DNA from: Candidatus Zixiibacteriota bacterium
GTDB taxonomy: Bacteria > Zixibacteria > MSB-5A5 > GN15 > FEB-12
NCBI GenBank assembly: GCA_034659895.1
Contig: JAYEIF010000208.1
Location: 1 to 38,420 of the forward strand
DNA: 38,420 nt
Direction of reading: 5' to 3'
In this document: positions 20,301 through 28,655 of the stretch, one piece after another
Layout of the letters: each line of letters opens with the position of its first letter
How positions within the stretch are numbered: position 1 is the first letter of the stretch
The notes under the pieces: generated by a model
What the model was told of the DNA's origin: nothing
What the model saw: the letters and a program-made list of their open reading frames with translations, nothing else
Databases searched by the model: none
Translations under genes and position numbers: made by a program

Positions 20301-21039
20301 TAATCTTATTCTCCCCGGAAGGCAGGAGGAATTGTTCTGTCTTACTTTGTTCAATCGAGGGACATCGGAATACCTTGCGGCTTCACTGGATGAAATCTCA
20401 TTTATTCTTAAAGGACGAGAAGGCAAATTGCTTGATGTGTCCTCGATCATTGATTTATCAGCATCGACTTTCTCTTGGAACAATGAGATTGTGCCTGCTG
20501 AACTCAGTGGTGTTGACCGCTTGGAAGCTATCTTTGAGGATCTCATCATCGAGCCGCAGCAGACATGCAGTCTTGTGTTTAATGCAACTATCCGTGAGCT
20601 TGATATTGATGAGTTTGATTTAGATTTCAAGAGTAATTCCATTATTGCTACGTATATTCGCGGTTCACAAACTGGATTGGCTGTTCCGATTGTGACTGCA
20701 TCCGGTGCTCCAGAACTGGTAACTCAAACATTCGTGATTAAAGGTTCGTCATTAGCCGAATCGTTTTTTGTCAGATATAACCCAGTTGATTTCACAGATC
20801 GTCCTGCTGAGTTTCAATATGAACTGGCAGAATCTTCAACAGTTGAGTTTCGTGTCTTCACTCTGACGGGTGAGGAAGTGTATGCTGATGATATCAAATG
20901 TGAAGACGGTGAATCTCAATATACATGGGATGGATGTAACAATAACAATCAAACAGTAAATAACGGTGTTTATATTGTTTCGCTTAGAATTGTAAACACT
21001 GGCGAAACAGCTCGTATCAAGTTGGCGGTGTTGAAATGA
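17347..21039 (+). CDS. Large acidic exported beta-rich protein with C-terminal FlgD-Ig / T9SS-CTD-like domain
   Basis: N-terminal hydrophobic signal-like segment ending VVTA; Ig/CARDB-like stretches (NVNTGQDFQVRAKVAN); C-terminus YNP...FRVFTLTGEEV...WDG.N.....V.NGVYIV.L.......KLAVLK. Confidence 0.75.
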   Translation: MSIICYFCRINISRVIFSFLMLLVVFSGSVVTADPPANFGAIFSTPSSDPVGTFDDFHVLTTDSVVGKQAGYTFSFIMASFDFGNLDKGGFVFSFPEEYDLSTVTNCTLVHSSNTVDYHVKTFELSDNMVIVTLKRTSMHSDEQDDTTISVNVHFEVLNNPASTGDYMFGGLAFKSTGSIIAGPSISEKLEILPDQPISLEITPSGNLTLKAGESITFDIAMYDSYGNLIPSSDAVWILEWGSDPIGYFSGATLHVTSVGTGRAQVRAGDMIRLSGEITVHPGNLSRLELSISPDQIVGNPLMSEARLTLWDAYGNLKTDYNLAANPIELIIGDGNLAPAMLEDNDLLHNGSIDLCAADVTYSGSSVVTSLQARTESGITSFAETVSFSGYDILEILDADGEPLQSIYPTVETLIKVIVTNNGYLTPVNTPKIEIALNGGQIATALFEPHSGGYIDTVSVTLTGPDTSTSNDLLMVTLEAEFEVGGEVIITNSQAERDVVILEPIEVSIVEGSFRPDSLYPDAQSKLAMDIMVSGHPEFVPDAWMKVAITDDAGGVETVLFDDTVGYSDILGSVISYDNLMIETPSPDILTSGWYDVVLDYAFLSDEGAYVISHKVIDSVFVLSEVEVSYVEDSFDPGIVYAGRGASFRFTINLDSEYSVPINTLDAVIKIYGNDFFTSTTLRLADSVLHPGPNLVESDSVFIPSNQQGVELHFDVVLRFMIPGTDNVLDFSTDFNTEGVEVNTAPVARIIDVELLAPNAPNVNTGQDFQVRAKVANLSGSLMGSFDIVLHSNGMSVFDSIQTVDSINADDTADILFDVVASEQPNVAEVFKVAIGSSDVLAQSPVNDVTTAVIETPAHLSFNYDLSGVEDGLVDYNKPFSLGVDLVNEGQASVSNGEYLLTIEGLEPSEEDNMTGMITEDQQVNFSFLSPSCDTNVVFTFTLTSIPTDLNTDTPAIIDDTSFTFEVTVTQLDVGLLADIEIASPNLILPGRQEELFCLTLFNRGTSEYLAASLDEISFILKGREGKLLDVSSIIDLSASTFSWNNEIVPAELSGVDRLEAIFEDLIIEPQQTCSLVFNATIRELDIDEFDLDFKSNSIIATYIRGSQTGLAVPIVTASGAPELVTQTFVIKGSSLAESFFVRYNPVDFTDRPAEFQYELAESSTVEFRVFTLTGEEVYADDIKCEDGESQYTWDGCNNNNQTVNNGVYIVSLRIVNTGETARIKLAVLK

Positions 21040-22865
21040 AGAGTCGGAGTCTTATTATTTCGATTTTTCTTGTAGTGTTCTGGACTGCCATTGCCCTTGC
21101 TGGTGATGCCGGGCGGGAATCACCATTTACCGTAGGCGCCGGTGCTCGCGCTCTCGGTATGGGAGGTGGGTTTACTTCATTAGCCGATGATGCTTCCGCT
21201 ATTTATTACAATCCAGCAGGACTGTCCTTGTTAGATTATCAAGAGGTTTCGTTCATGCACATGACCCTCTTCGAGGGTACGATGTACGATTTTGGTTCAT
21301 GGGCGTATCCTACTTCAACTATGGGTGGCTTTGGTCTTGCCTTCATGTATCTTGGCACAGATGACATTGTCAGACGGGATAACTATAGTCCAGGGGGAAC
21401 CTGTGATTATGCTTATTCGCAATTTCTGTTGTCGTATGGCCGTAGTCTGCAAGGCGGATTGGGAGCAGGGATCTCGCTTAAGTTTGTGAGCCAATCGCTG
21501 GACACATATTCCACTCATGGCATCGGATTAGATTTTGGCATGACAGCCAATTTGCATCGACATATTCAAGCTGGAATTATTGCGCGGGATATTGTTCCGG
21601 CAACTCTTCAATTGGATTCCGATAAAGAGACTGTCTCAACGTCTATTGCAGGAGGATTCGCTATAACGGGAGTGAAATTGTCTGACAATACGCTCTCATC
21701 AGCATCAGTGGAACTCGAGAAAATTGAGAACCGCTCTGTGCGAGTTCATTGTGGTGCCGAAGTGTTGTTTGATGATAAATACTCACTTCGCACCGGATAC
21801 GACAGAGACAATTTTTCTTTCGGTGCTGGTCTTCGATATCAACATTTGAAACTGGACTATGCCTACAAGATTCTTGATTACATAGAAGACAGTCATCGAT
21901 TTTCTGTATCTCTAATGCTTGGCACTTCGGTGTCGGAACAGGTTCGGCGCATAAAGGAGAATGAAATGCGTCGAAGTGACGATATGCTTGAAGTTGAGCG
22001 TCGCCGACAATTTAACTTCTATAGAAAAAAGGGCGGCGAATTCTATGACAACGCCAATCTTGATTCTGCCCTTGTTTATTATCAGCGGGCACTGGCATTT
22101 GATGAGAACAATCAGAAAATAGTAAAAACGATAGCTGACATAGAAGAAGAGCTGCGTATTCAGCAAGAGCAGGAGCAGAAATTGCAGGAAGCCGAGCGGG
22201 AACTGGCAATGACAGTCGAAAACTATTTATCCCATGCACAGAGTTTCTTTGAGAAGAAGTACTATCCTGCGGCATTGGATATGCTGGATTTAATTTTTGA
22301 TATTAATCCGAAGAATTCCAAGGCTCTTAAATTGAAAAAGACTATCTCTGAGGCAGTTAGCAGAGGAATTGTATCTTGTTTGCAGAAAGCCCAGAAAGCT
22401 GAGAGACGCGGTGAACAGGTAGAAGCTATTGGATTATATTCCCGTGTGCTGTATCTTGACCCGACAAATACAAAAGCGCTTCAAGCACAGCAGGAAATTG
22501 CCGAGAAGATGGACTTAGCGCGAATACTTAACGATGGTATGAATCTGTTTCACTCAGGCCGTTATGATGATGCTAAGAGAACATTTTTAACGGTTTTATC
22601 AGCCAGTCCGGAAGAACCTGTAGCGAAGGAGTATATCGAGCGCATCGATTCAGTTTTGACGCATCCTTCTACACTGGAGATGATACAGCATGACCGACAG
22701 GCATGGCAACATTATCTTGATGGTCTGCGATATATGCGTGATCATCAATACAAAATGGCTATTGAAGCTTGGGAAAAGGTCCTCGAAATCTATCCCAACA
22801 ATGAGAACACGCTCCGAAACATCGAGCAGGCTCGTTTGAGAATTAAGTCCAAACCGGGCAATTAA
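21036..22865 (+). CDS. PorV/PorQ-family outer-membrane beta-barrel fused to C-terminal TPR repeats
   Basis: Signal peptide (ALA), GARALGMGG.FTSLADDASAIYYNPAGL, G.GLDFG, LDYAY......SHRFS barrel end; then TPR motifs (YQRALAFDENN, WEKVLEIYPNN). ATGA overlap with the upstream gene. Confidence 0.82.
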   Translation: MKSRSLIISIFLVVFWTAIALAGDAGRESPFTVGAGARALGMGGGFTSLADDASAIYYNPAGLSLLDYQEVSFMHMTLFEGTMYDFGSWAYPTSTMGGFGLAFMYLGTDDIVRRDNYSPGGTCDYAYSQFLLSYGRSLQGGLGAGISLKFVSQSLDTYSTHGIGLDFGMTANLHRHIQAGIIARDIVPATLQLDSDKETVSTSIAGGFAITGVKLSDNTLSSASVELEKIENRSVRVHCGAEVLFDDKYSLRTGYDRDNFSFGAGLRYQHLKLDYAYKILDYIEDSHRFSVSLMLGTSVSEQVRRIKENEMRRSDDMLEVERRRQFNFYRKKGGEFYDNANLDSALVYYQRALAFDENNQKIVKTIADIEEELRIQQEQEQKLQEAERELAMTVENYLSHAQSFFEKKYYPAALDMLDLIFDINPKNSKALKLKKTISEAVSRGIVSCLQKAQKAERRGEQVEAIGLYSRVLYLDPTNTKALQAQQEIAEKMDLARILNDGMNLFHSGRYDDAKRTFLTVLSASPEEPVAKEYIERIDSVLTHPSTLEMIQHDRQAWQHYLDGLRYMRDHQYKMAIEAWEKVLEIYPNNENTLRNIEQARLRIKSKPGN

Positions 22866-22922
22866 GCCAACCATAGTTTTTTAGTTAGACTTAATCTGTC
22901 CTTTCATGTAAATTTTAATAAT

Positions 22923-24932
22923 ATGTGGCGACGTCCGATAAAGGAAATCACAGCAGAGTTTCTCGCTGAAGAGAAGTATCTCGATAGTATCCAGCGCACA
23001 GCTCGGAATAGCTGTGTGGCGGCTGGTATGTCTTCCAAAAATGTAAATGCTGTTCTTCTGGCTATTGAGGAAGGCGCCACGAATATCATTCGACATGCCT
23101 ATCTCTATGAAAAGGGGACTATTCGTTTGCGCGTTGTGATATATCGTAAACTTATAGTTTTTTCGCTTATTGATACAGGTCGTTCATTTCAGGCGTCAAA
23201 GAAGGGTACTCTCGATTTAGAACATCTGGTGGAATCTGGTCGTAAGGGCGGCCTTGGGTTTTACATGATAAATAAGATTATGGATTCCGTGGAGTACATC
23301 TCATCGGCAGGTTACAACGAACTTCGAATGATAAAACGCATTCGCCAGCCATCAGCCACTGCCGTTCCTCTGTTGCGACGGATGACATCACTCAGGGTGA
23401 AGTTTTCGGTGTGGACTATACTGATTATGTTAGTGATTCTGAGTGGCTCCTTTTACTATATTGATAACCAGATATCACATCATGTACAGTCACGTTTGAA
23501 TGATACTGTAACTTCGTTAGGGACCACCATTGCAGCACAGGCATCGGGATACACTATCAATCGGCGGTCCGATGCAGAATTTGATGAGCTTGTTGTAAGC
23601 TATCTCGAGGCGAATTCAGAGTTTCTTAAACAGGTAGTTATCACAGGAACAACAGGTAAAATCGTTGCACATTCCGAAGATATCCATAACATCCGCAAGA
23701 AATATAAATTTCCTGCTGGTATCAATCCCAATAGCTTAAAAATTCCACAGAGATTTGTTCGTGATAGTACAGAGTTGTTTTATATGATGGTTCCAGTCCA
23801 AACCAACAGGGGTAAGGTAGGGATGGTACATATAACTTACAGCTCCGCTTACATACAAGATGACCTTGCTCGGTCTCGTGAGAACACTTTGATGTTAACT
23901 CTGGCGTTGTTGCTTGTCGGTATTTTGGGTGTCTATTTGCTTTCGAGTTACTTTGTTGACCCTATTGTGAAAATTACACAGCGAGTCCGTCGCTTTGCCT
24001 CCGGTGATCTCAAATCGGAATTACCTTTGGAAGGTGCAGAGGAGTTCTTTGAAATCTCACGCGCTTTCAATGAGCTAATGACTCGCGTCAGTCAGGATAA
24101 GGAAAATATCGTGGCTCGCGAGAAGATGGCTAAGGAGATAGAGGTAGCCTCGCATATTCAAAAGACACTACTTCCCAATAAGATGCCGGACTTTTCAGGG
24201 TTGGAGCTGAGTACTTTTTATCGAGCGGCAGGAGTGGTCGGAGGAGACCTTTATGATGTTTTCGAGACGGACCCCGGTCGATATTGTCTTGTTGTGGCTG
24301 ATGTTTCCGGCAAGGGTGTTCCTGCTTCGTTGGTAATGTCAATGTTACGGACGGTAATCCAGATTCATGCCGCACATGAAATTTCAGCCAAAACTACGCT
24401 TATCAAAGTCAATGACTACCTCAGTGACAATATCCCCAAGGGTATGTTCATCACAGTTATGCTGGCTATGTATCACGCCTCAGAGAGAAAACTCAACTTG
24501 GTCTCAGCAGGTCATAACCCGATGCTGCTTTACCGGAGTTCTTCCGGTACTATCGAGAAATTAAACCCGGGTGGTATGCCGGTTGGGATGCCGGATACGC
24601 TCGAGACATCTTTTGATAATCGTATAGAAGAGATTAGTCTTGATCTCGACGATGATGATCTCTTTTTTATGTTCACTGATGGTGTTACCGAAGCTTCCAA
24701 TCGTGACAACGATAAATACGGTATAGAACGTTTAATAAAACTGTTTGAAAAGCAACTAAATGGTGGAGAAGCCAGCCCGAGTACAGAAACTCTCAGCAAA
24801 ACACTGATTGCTGAACTAGATGATTTCTCAGGTTTTACAAAACCATCAGATGATATCACGTTTGTTCTTGCGAGATCTCGCACCTCTGATGAAAAAGCAA
24901 CCGAGACAAAATCTATCAGTGAAGATGATTAG
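22923..24932 (+). CDS. Membrane sensor: RsbW-type HATPase kinase - TM - extracytoplasmic domain - TM - HAMP - SpoIIE/PP2C phosphatase
   Basis: EEGATNIIRHAY, DTGRSF, GGLGFYMI (kinase boxes); two hydrophobic helices; PIVKI...RRFASGDL...EFFEISRAFNEL (HAMP); VGGDLYD, ADVSGKG, SAGHNP, FTDGVTE, DDIT (PP2C). Confidence 0.9.
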   Translation: MWRRPIKEITAEFLAEEKYLDSIQRTARNSCVAAGMSSKNVNAVLLAIEEGATNIIRHAYLYEKGTIRLRVVIYRKLIVFSLIDTGRSFQASKKGTLDLEHLVESGRKGGLGFYMINKIMDSVEYISSAGYNELRMIKRIRQPSATAVPLLRRMTSLRVKFSVWTILIMLVILSGSFYYIDNQISHHVQSRLNDTVTSLGTTIAAQASGYTINRRSDAEFDELVVSYLEANSEFLKQVVITGTTGKIVAHSEDIHNIRKKYKFPAGINPNSLKIPQRFVRDSTELFYMMVPVQTNRGKVGMVHITYSSAYIQDDLARSRENTLMLTLALLLVGILGVYLLSSYFVDPIVKITQRVRRFASGDLKSELPLEGAEEFFEISRAFNELMTRVSQDKENIVAREKMAKEIEVASHIQKTLLPNKMPDFSGLELSTFYRAAGVVGGDLYDVFETDPGRYCLVVADVSGKGVPASLVMSMLRTVIQIHAAHEISAKTTLIKVNDYLSDNIPKGMFITVMLAMYHASERKLNLVSAGHNPMLLYRSSSGTIEKLNPGGMPVGMPDTLETSFDNRIEEISLDLDDDDLFFMFTDGVTEASNRDNDKYGIERLIKLFEKQLNGGEASPSTETLSKTLIAELDDFSGFTKPSDDITFVLARSRTSDEKATETKSISEDD

Positions 24933-24979
24933 ATTTGTTCCCTGTCGTTGGTAATGTCGATATTGTATTATGTGGAAAC

Positions 24980-25522
24980 TCAGGTTACATTAGATAAGTT
25001 GCGGCGGCAAATGTCGCAGAACTGATTATTCTTATTGTCAATATCCAGCATCATACGGCTAAAGTAGTTTACACATTTAGGATTGCGGCACTCAGAAAGA
25101 TTAAAAAGATGAGCTATCTGATGCTGGGTCTCTTTGAACAAACGAGGATATATTTTCGAGTCGTCTTCCGGCAAACCATAGAATTCTTGGCGAAGATGCC
25201 ACAGCGAGACTATTGCTGTCCCCGAGAGTGAATCCGCATGACCGATTACCGTGTTAACGTCGGGTAGGTATAGATCATCCTCACAGACACCAATTATTTT
25301 CTCTCGCGAGTTGGCTTTGGCGCGTTCAAGTTTGGAAAGAATAACAACTGCATAATATTGCCCACGAATGACATTGTGAGCTTCCTCAGGGAGTTTAAAC
25401 CCCTTAAGAATATCCACCGAATGATTGAAAACTGGTCCAATATCGGCTGCCAGATGGTTGACCATTATGAAATCAACTTCACCTAAAGGTACAACTACGA
25501 TTTTATTTTTCAGAAGTGCCAT
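24980..25522 (-). CDS. Archaemetzincin (peptidase M54)-like protein with degenerate active site
   Basis: P..A.N..R.QY, DLY, A.VS...L..EFYG......Y.RL.KE and C-x4-C...D.K...FC..C match archaemetzincins; the zinc motif reads HQIAHLFNLSE. Confidence 0.85.
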   Translation of the reverse strand: MALLKNKIVVVPLGEVDFIMVNHLAADIGPVFNHSVDILKGFKLPEEAHNVIRGQYYAVVILSKLERAKANSREKIIGVCEDDLYLPDVNTVIGHADSLSGTAIVSLWHLRQEFYGLPEDDSKIYPRLFKETQHQIAHLFNLSECRNPKCVNYFSRMMLDIDNKNNQFCDICRRNLSNVT

Positions 25523-25528
25523 TGGGAA

Positions 25529-25720
25529 TCAACTGGCGGTAAAAATCCGCTCTTTGGATCCAGTTGGGGATACTCGAACAGTAGTTTTTCTGGAGCATTT
25601 TGGACACCATCCGACAAAAGCAGTTCCTGATTTGTTGAGGTAGATGCGTGAGTAGATGCGACAACATTTGAAATACATACCTATAAACGGACGTTTATGT
25701 TTTTTTTTCTTATCATCCAT
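25529..25720 (-). CDS. Small basic Cys-rich hypothetical protein (putative zinc ribbon)
   Basis: RPFIGMYFKCC..Y.RIY.N..GTAF.GWCPKC; ends 6 nt before the archaemetzincin-like start on the same strand. Confidence 0.75.
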   Translation of the reverse strand: MDDKKKKHKRPFIGMYFKCCRIYSRIYLNKSGTAFVGWCPKCSRKTTVRVSPTGSKERIFTAS

Positions 25721-25868
25721 ACTTGTATAGTATCGTTAATATATGCTTCAAATGCAAGAAGTGTCGTAAATCTAATCGACATTCTCTTGAAAAATACATA
25801 TAATGAAGGATGAATGCTTGTTTTGACAGGATTATAACTACTAAACAATTTTTGTTCTTAATACGTGT

Positions 25869-26477
25869 GTGAGCAGACAATTAGTATTTATTGTTTTTTG
25901 GTTCCTTATTGGGGTTATACAGATCTCGTCAACAGAGGTAAATCCCGATGATGATGATTTGCCTTTCCTTACTGCCAACGTAATAAAACTTGCAGATACT
26001 ACAATAGGTGAATACAAGTTTATGCGCAGGGCTATTTGGATTGATAAATCTCCTTTAGAAATATGGGATCTCCTTACTAATCCGGAGGAGATAAAAAACT
26101 TTATGCCTAAACTCAAGAAATATGAACTTCTGGAATCATATCCGGACTCACAGATTTTTCTGTGTGCTGCAAAACCAAAGTGGTATCTAAAAACCTACGA
26201 ATGCAAGGTGTCGGTTATATTACAACCCTTTTCTGAGATATGGTGGATACGTACTGATGGTGACTTTGATGAATTTCGTTGTTGTTGGTTACTTGAGCAA
26301 CAGAACGATAGCTCTACTATGGCGACGTACCATATTTATATGGAACTTGGAGGGATTATCCCTGAGTTTTTAGTAAAATGGGGTGTTAAGAAAGGTTTGG
26401 ATGAAATGATGGGTTATTGTCAAGAGTGGATAGAGTCAAAAAGTACTGACAAAGAAAAAACTGACCAACAGAAGTAA
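25869..26477 (+). CDS. SRPBCC/START (polyketide cyclase-like) domain protein with N-terminal signal or anchor
   Basis: I..SP.EIWDLLTN.E....FMP, GDFDEF...WLLE, Y.......G.IPEFLV pattern; hydrophobic N-terminus; GTG start uncertain. Confidence 0.75.
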   Translation: MSRQLVFIVFWFLIGVIQISSTEVNPDDDDLPFLTANVIKLADTTIGEYKFMRRAIWIDKSPLEIWDLLTNPEEIKNFMPKLKKYELLESYPDSQIFLCAAKPKWYLKTYECKVSVILQPFSEIWWIRTDGDFDEFRCCWLLEQQNDSSTMATYHIYMELGGIIPEFLVKWGVKKGLDEMMGYCQEWIESKSTDKEKTDQQK

Positions 26478-26704
26478 AAACAATTCCTTCCCGTTTTTTA
26501 CTTGAGGCTTTGGTCTTTATGCTATGAAGTCTGTCTGGATACCTTGTTAAGGAAGTGTTTTTATCCTCAATCGCTGATTATTTTAATCAATTCCGTTGTT
26601 TCTCAATGAAATTATAGTTGAAGCTGTTCCCTGTCATCTCTAACTTGGGATATTGAATGGTCTATGTTAAACTGGTAGGAAAGCAGATGAGACAAACAAG
26701 AATA

Positions 26705-26725
26705 CCCCGCTGTTTGAAAGCGGGG
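26705..26725 (-). terminator. Intrinsic terminator of rpsT
   Basis: CCCCGCT-N7-AGCGGGG stem; on the minus strand it is followed by TATTCTTGTTT, about 30 nt after the rpsT stop. Confidence 0.75.
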
Positions 26726-26752
26726 CAGAAGAAAACTTGTAGCGAACAAAGC

Positions 26753-27007
26753 TTAGGAGAGCTTGTTTACAAACCTCGCAAGACGAGCCTTGTTTCGGGC
26801 TGCGTTGTTTTTGTGAATCAGTCCACGAGAAAACACTTTGTCAATTATGCTGACTACTTGGTTATACTTACGGGTTGCTTCCTCTTTGTTAGTTTCTGCC
26901 CGAAGGTCTCTGATGGAGGCACGGTATTGCGAACGAAGAGCTCGATTGCGATCGCGTCGTTCGCCGGATGTCCTGACCCGCTTGACGCAGGATTTATGTT
27001 GAGGCAC
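26753..27007 (-). CDS. rpsT: 30S ribosomal protein S20 (GTG start)
   Basis: PQHKS..KRVRT...RR.RNR..RS...IDK....GLIHKNNAAR.KARL; SD AAGGA upstream on the minus strand. Confidence 0.97.
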   Translation of the reverse strand: MPQHKSCVKRVRTSGERRDRNRALRSQYRASIRDLRAETNKEEATRKYNQVVSIIDKVFSRGLIHKNNAARNKARLARFVNKLS

Positions 27008-27053
27008 TACTTTATCCTTTCAAATTGCCATGAACTTTATTCTTTAGCTTATA

Positions 27054-27081
27054 AATATAATCGGTAAATTTGTTTTGTCAA
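27054..27081 (-). promoter_or_regulatory. Sigma70 promoter for rpsT, overlapping the murJ start codon
   Basis: Minus strand TTGACA (27081-27076), 16 nt, TATATT (27059-27054). Confidence 0.6.
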
Positions 27082-28640
27082 CCAGTAACCAAAGAAAGAG
27101 TTCACTAATTAAATCGGCCGGATTGGTCTCTGGCGCTACTGCTTTCTCAAGGGTTTTGGGCCTTGTTCGTGAGCAGGTTATGGCTTATTTCTTTGGCGCT
27201 GGTATGGCTACCGATGCTTTTGTGACTGCTTTCCGTATTCCAAATCTATTGAGAGATATGTTCGCCGAGGGAGCGCTTTCATCTGCATTTGTTCCTGTAT
27301 TCAAGGATAAAGCTATCAAAGAATCTACAAATGATGCTTTTTCTTTAGCCAATGTAGTTATTTCGGCTGTTCTCGTAGTTGTCGGCCTGATAGTGCTACT
27401 GGGGATTATCGTTACTCCAGTTGTAGTTTACCTTATGGCTAACGGTTTTACCGATACACCCGACAAGTTCGACTTGACTGTCGGACTGGGTCGAGTAATG
27501 ATGGTTTATCTATTGCTGGTTTCTCTTTCGTCTCTGGTTATGGGGATGCTTAATTCTTTTGGGCGGTTTGGGATTCCAGCTTTGTCGCCAGCTATGTTCA
27601 ATTTGGGGACGGTTCTGTCTGTTATTTTTCTTTATAATTATTTTGACCAACCGATTTATACGCTTGCAATTGGTGTGGTTGTTGGTGGAGTGGGACAAGT
27701 CGCTATTCAACTTCCCTCGCTGTTACGCATTGGATACCGATTTCGTTTTCATCTGTCATTTCTCGATGATGGATTGAAGCGAGTTGTGCGGTTGCTAACT
27801 CCGATGATTGTTGGTCTTTCAGCCGGACGTATAAATATCCTGTTGTCGACACTTATAGCCTCGTTTTTGATGGAAGGGGCTATGTCATATTTGAATTATG
27901 CTTACCGTCTTATGCATTTTCCTCTTGGGGTTTTTGCTGTTGCTCTTGGGACGGTTGCTCTGCCAAAAGTGTCAGAAATAGTAGCGCGCGGAGAACATGA
28001 CAAACTCGGCAGAACATTTGAAGAAGCCATTGGAGCCAATCTTTTTTTAGTGGTGCCGTCGGCTGTGTTCTTCGCAGTTATGGGTCGTGAAGTAATCGAA
28101 TTAATCTACCAATGGGGGGCTTTCTCAACAGTTTCCTCAGAGCGAACAGCGCTGGCTTTGATGCACTACTCTTATGGTCTAATTGGTTTTGCCGCAGTGA
28201 GAGTAACAGTATCATTCTTTTATGCCTTCAAAGATTCGCGCAGACCTATGAAAGCTTCAATGATATCCGTAGCGGTGAATCTTATTCTTTATTATCCAAT
28301 GGTACATTTGCTTGATTTTGCAGGTTTGGCAGCGGCAACATCGATTGCCGGACTCGTCAATTTTATTTTGCTGTTGAGTTGGCTACCGTCATTGGGGATT
28401 GATGTCTCTATGGTTCGTCTCGGTCTGAAAACTTTACGAATACTTATAGCGGCAGTCGCTGCATTTTATATAGCGCAAATAGTGCCGTACCAATTTTCAC
28501 TTGACCCGACTACACTGTCCGGCCGAATCCTTCAAGTGATAGTACCGTTGATAGTTGCAGGTATTTTGTATTTGCTTTTTTGTCTGATTTTGAGGGTTAA
28601 GGAACTTAGTTTACTTAAACGTTTCTTTATTCATAAGTGA
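27075..28640 (+). CDS. murJ: Lipid II flippase MurJ (MviN)
   Basis: SRVLGLVRE, DAF..AFRIPNLLR..FAEGALS.AFVP, YAYRLM.FPLG; divergent from rpsT as in many bacteria. TTG start. Confidence 0.96.
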   Translation: MSTSNQRKSSLIKSAGLVSGATAFSRVLGLVREQVMAYFFGAGMATDAFVTAFRIPNLLRDMFAEGALSSAFVPVFKDKAIKESTNDAFSLANVVISAVLVVVGLIVLLGIIVTPVVVYLMANGFTDTPDKFDLTVGLGRVMMVYLLLVSLSSLVMGMLNSFGRFGIPALSPAMFNLGTVLSVIFLYNYFDQPIYTLAIGVVVGGVGQVAIQLPSLLRIGYRFRFHLSFLDDGLKRVVRLLTPMIVGLSAGRINILLSTLIASFLMEGAMSYLNYAYRLMHFPLGVFAVALGTVALPKVSEIVARGEHDKLGRTFEEAIGANLFLVVPSAVFFAVMGREVIELIYQWGAFSTVSSERTALALMHYSYGLIGFAAVRVTVSFFYAFKDSRRPMKASMISVAVNLILYYPMVHLLDFAGLAAATSIAGLVNFILLLSWLPSLGIDVSMVRLGLKTLRILIAAVAAFYIAQIVPYQFSLDPTTLSGRILQVIVPLIVAGILYLLFCLILRVKELSLLKRFFIHK

Positions 28641-28655
28641 TTTTCAAGGACATAG

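Noticed and set aside
26657-27067. 136-aa plus-strand ORF
   Set aside because: Antisense shadow of rpsT; no recognisable motifs.
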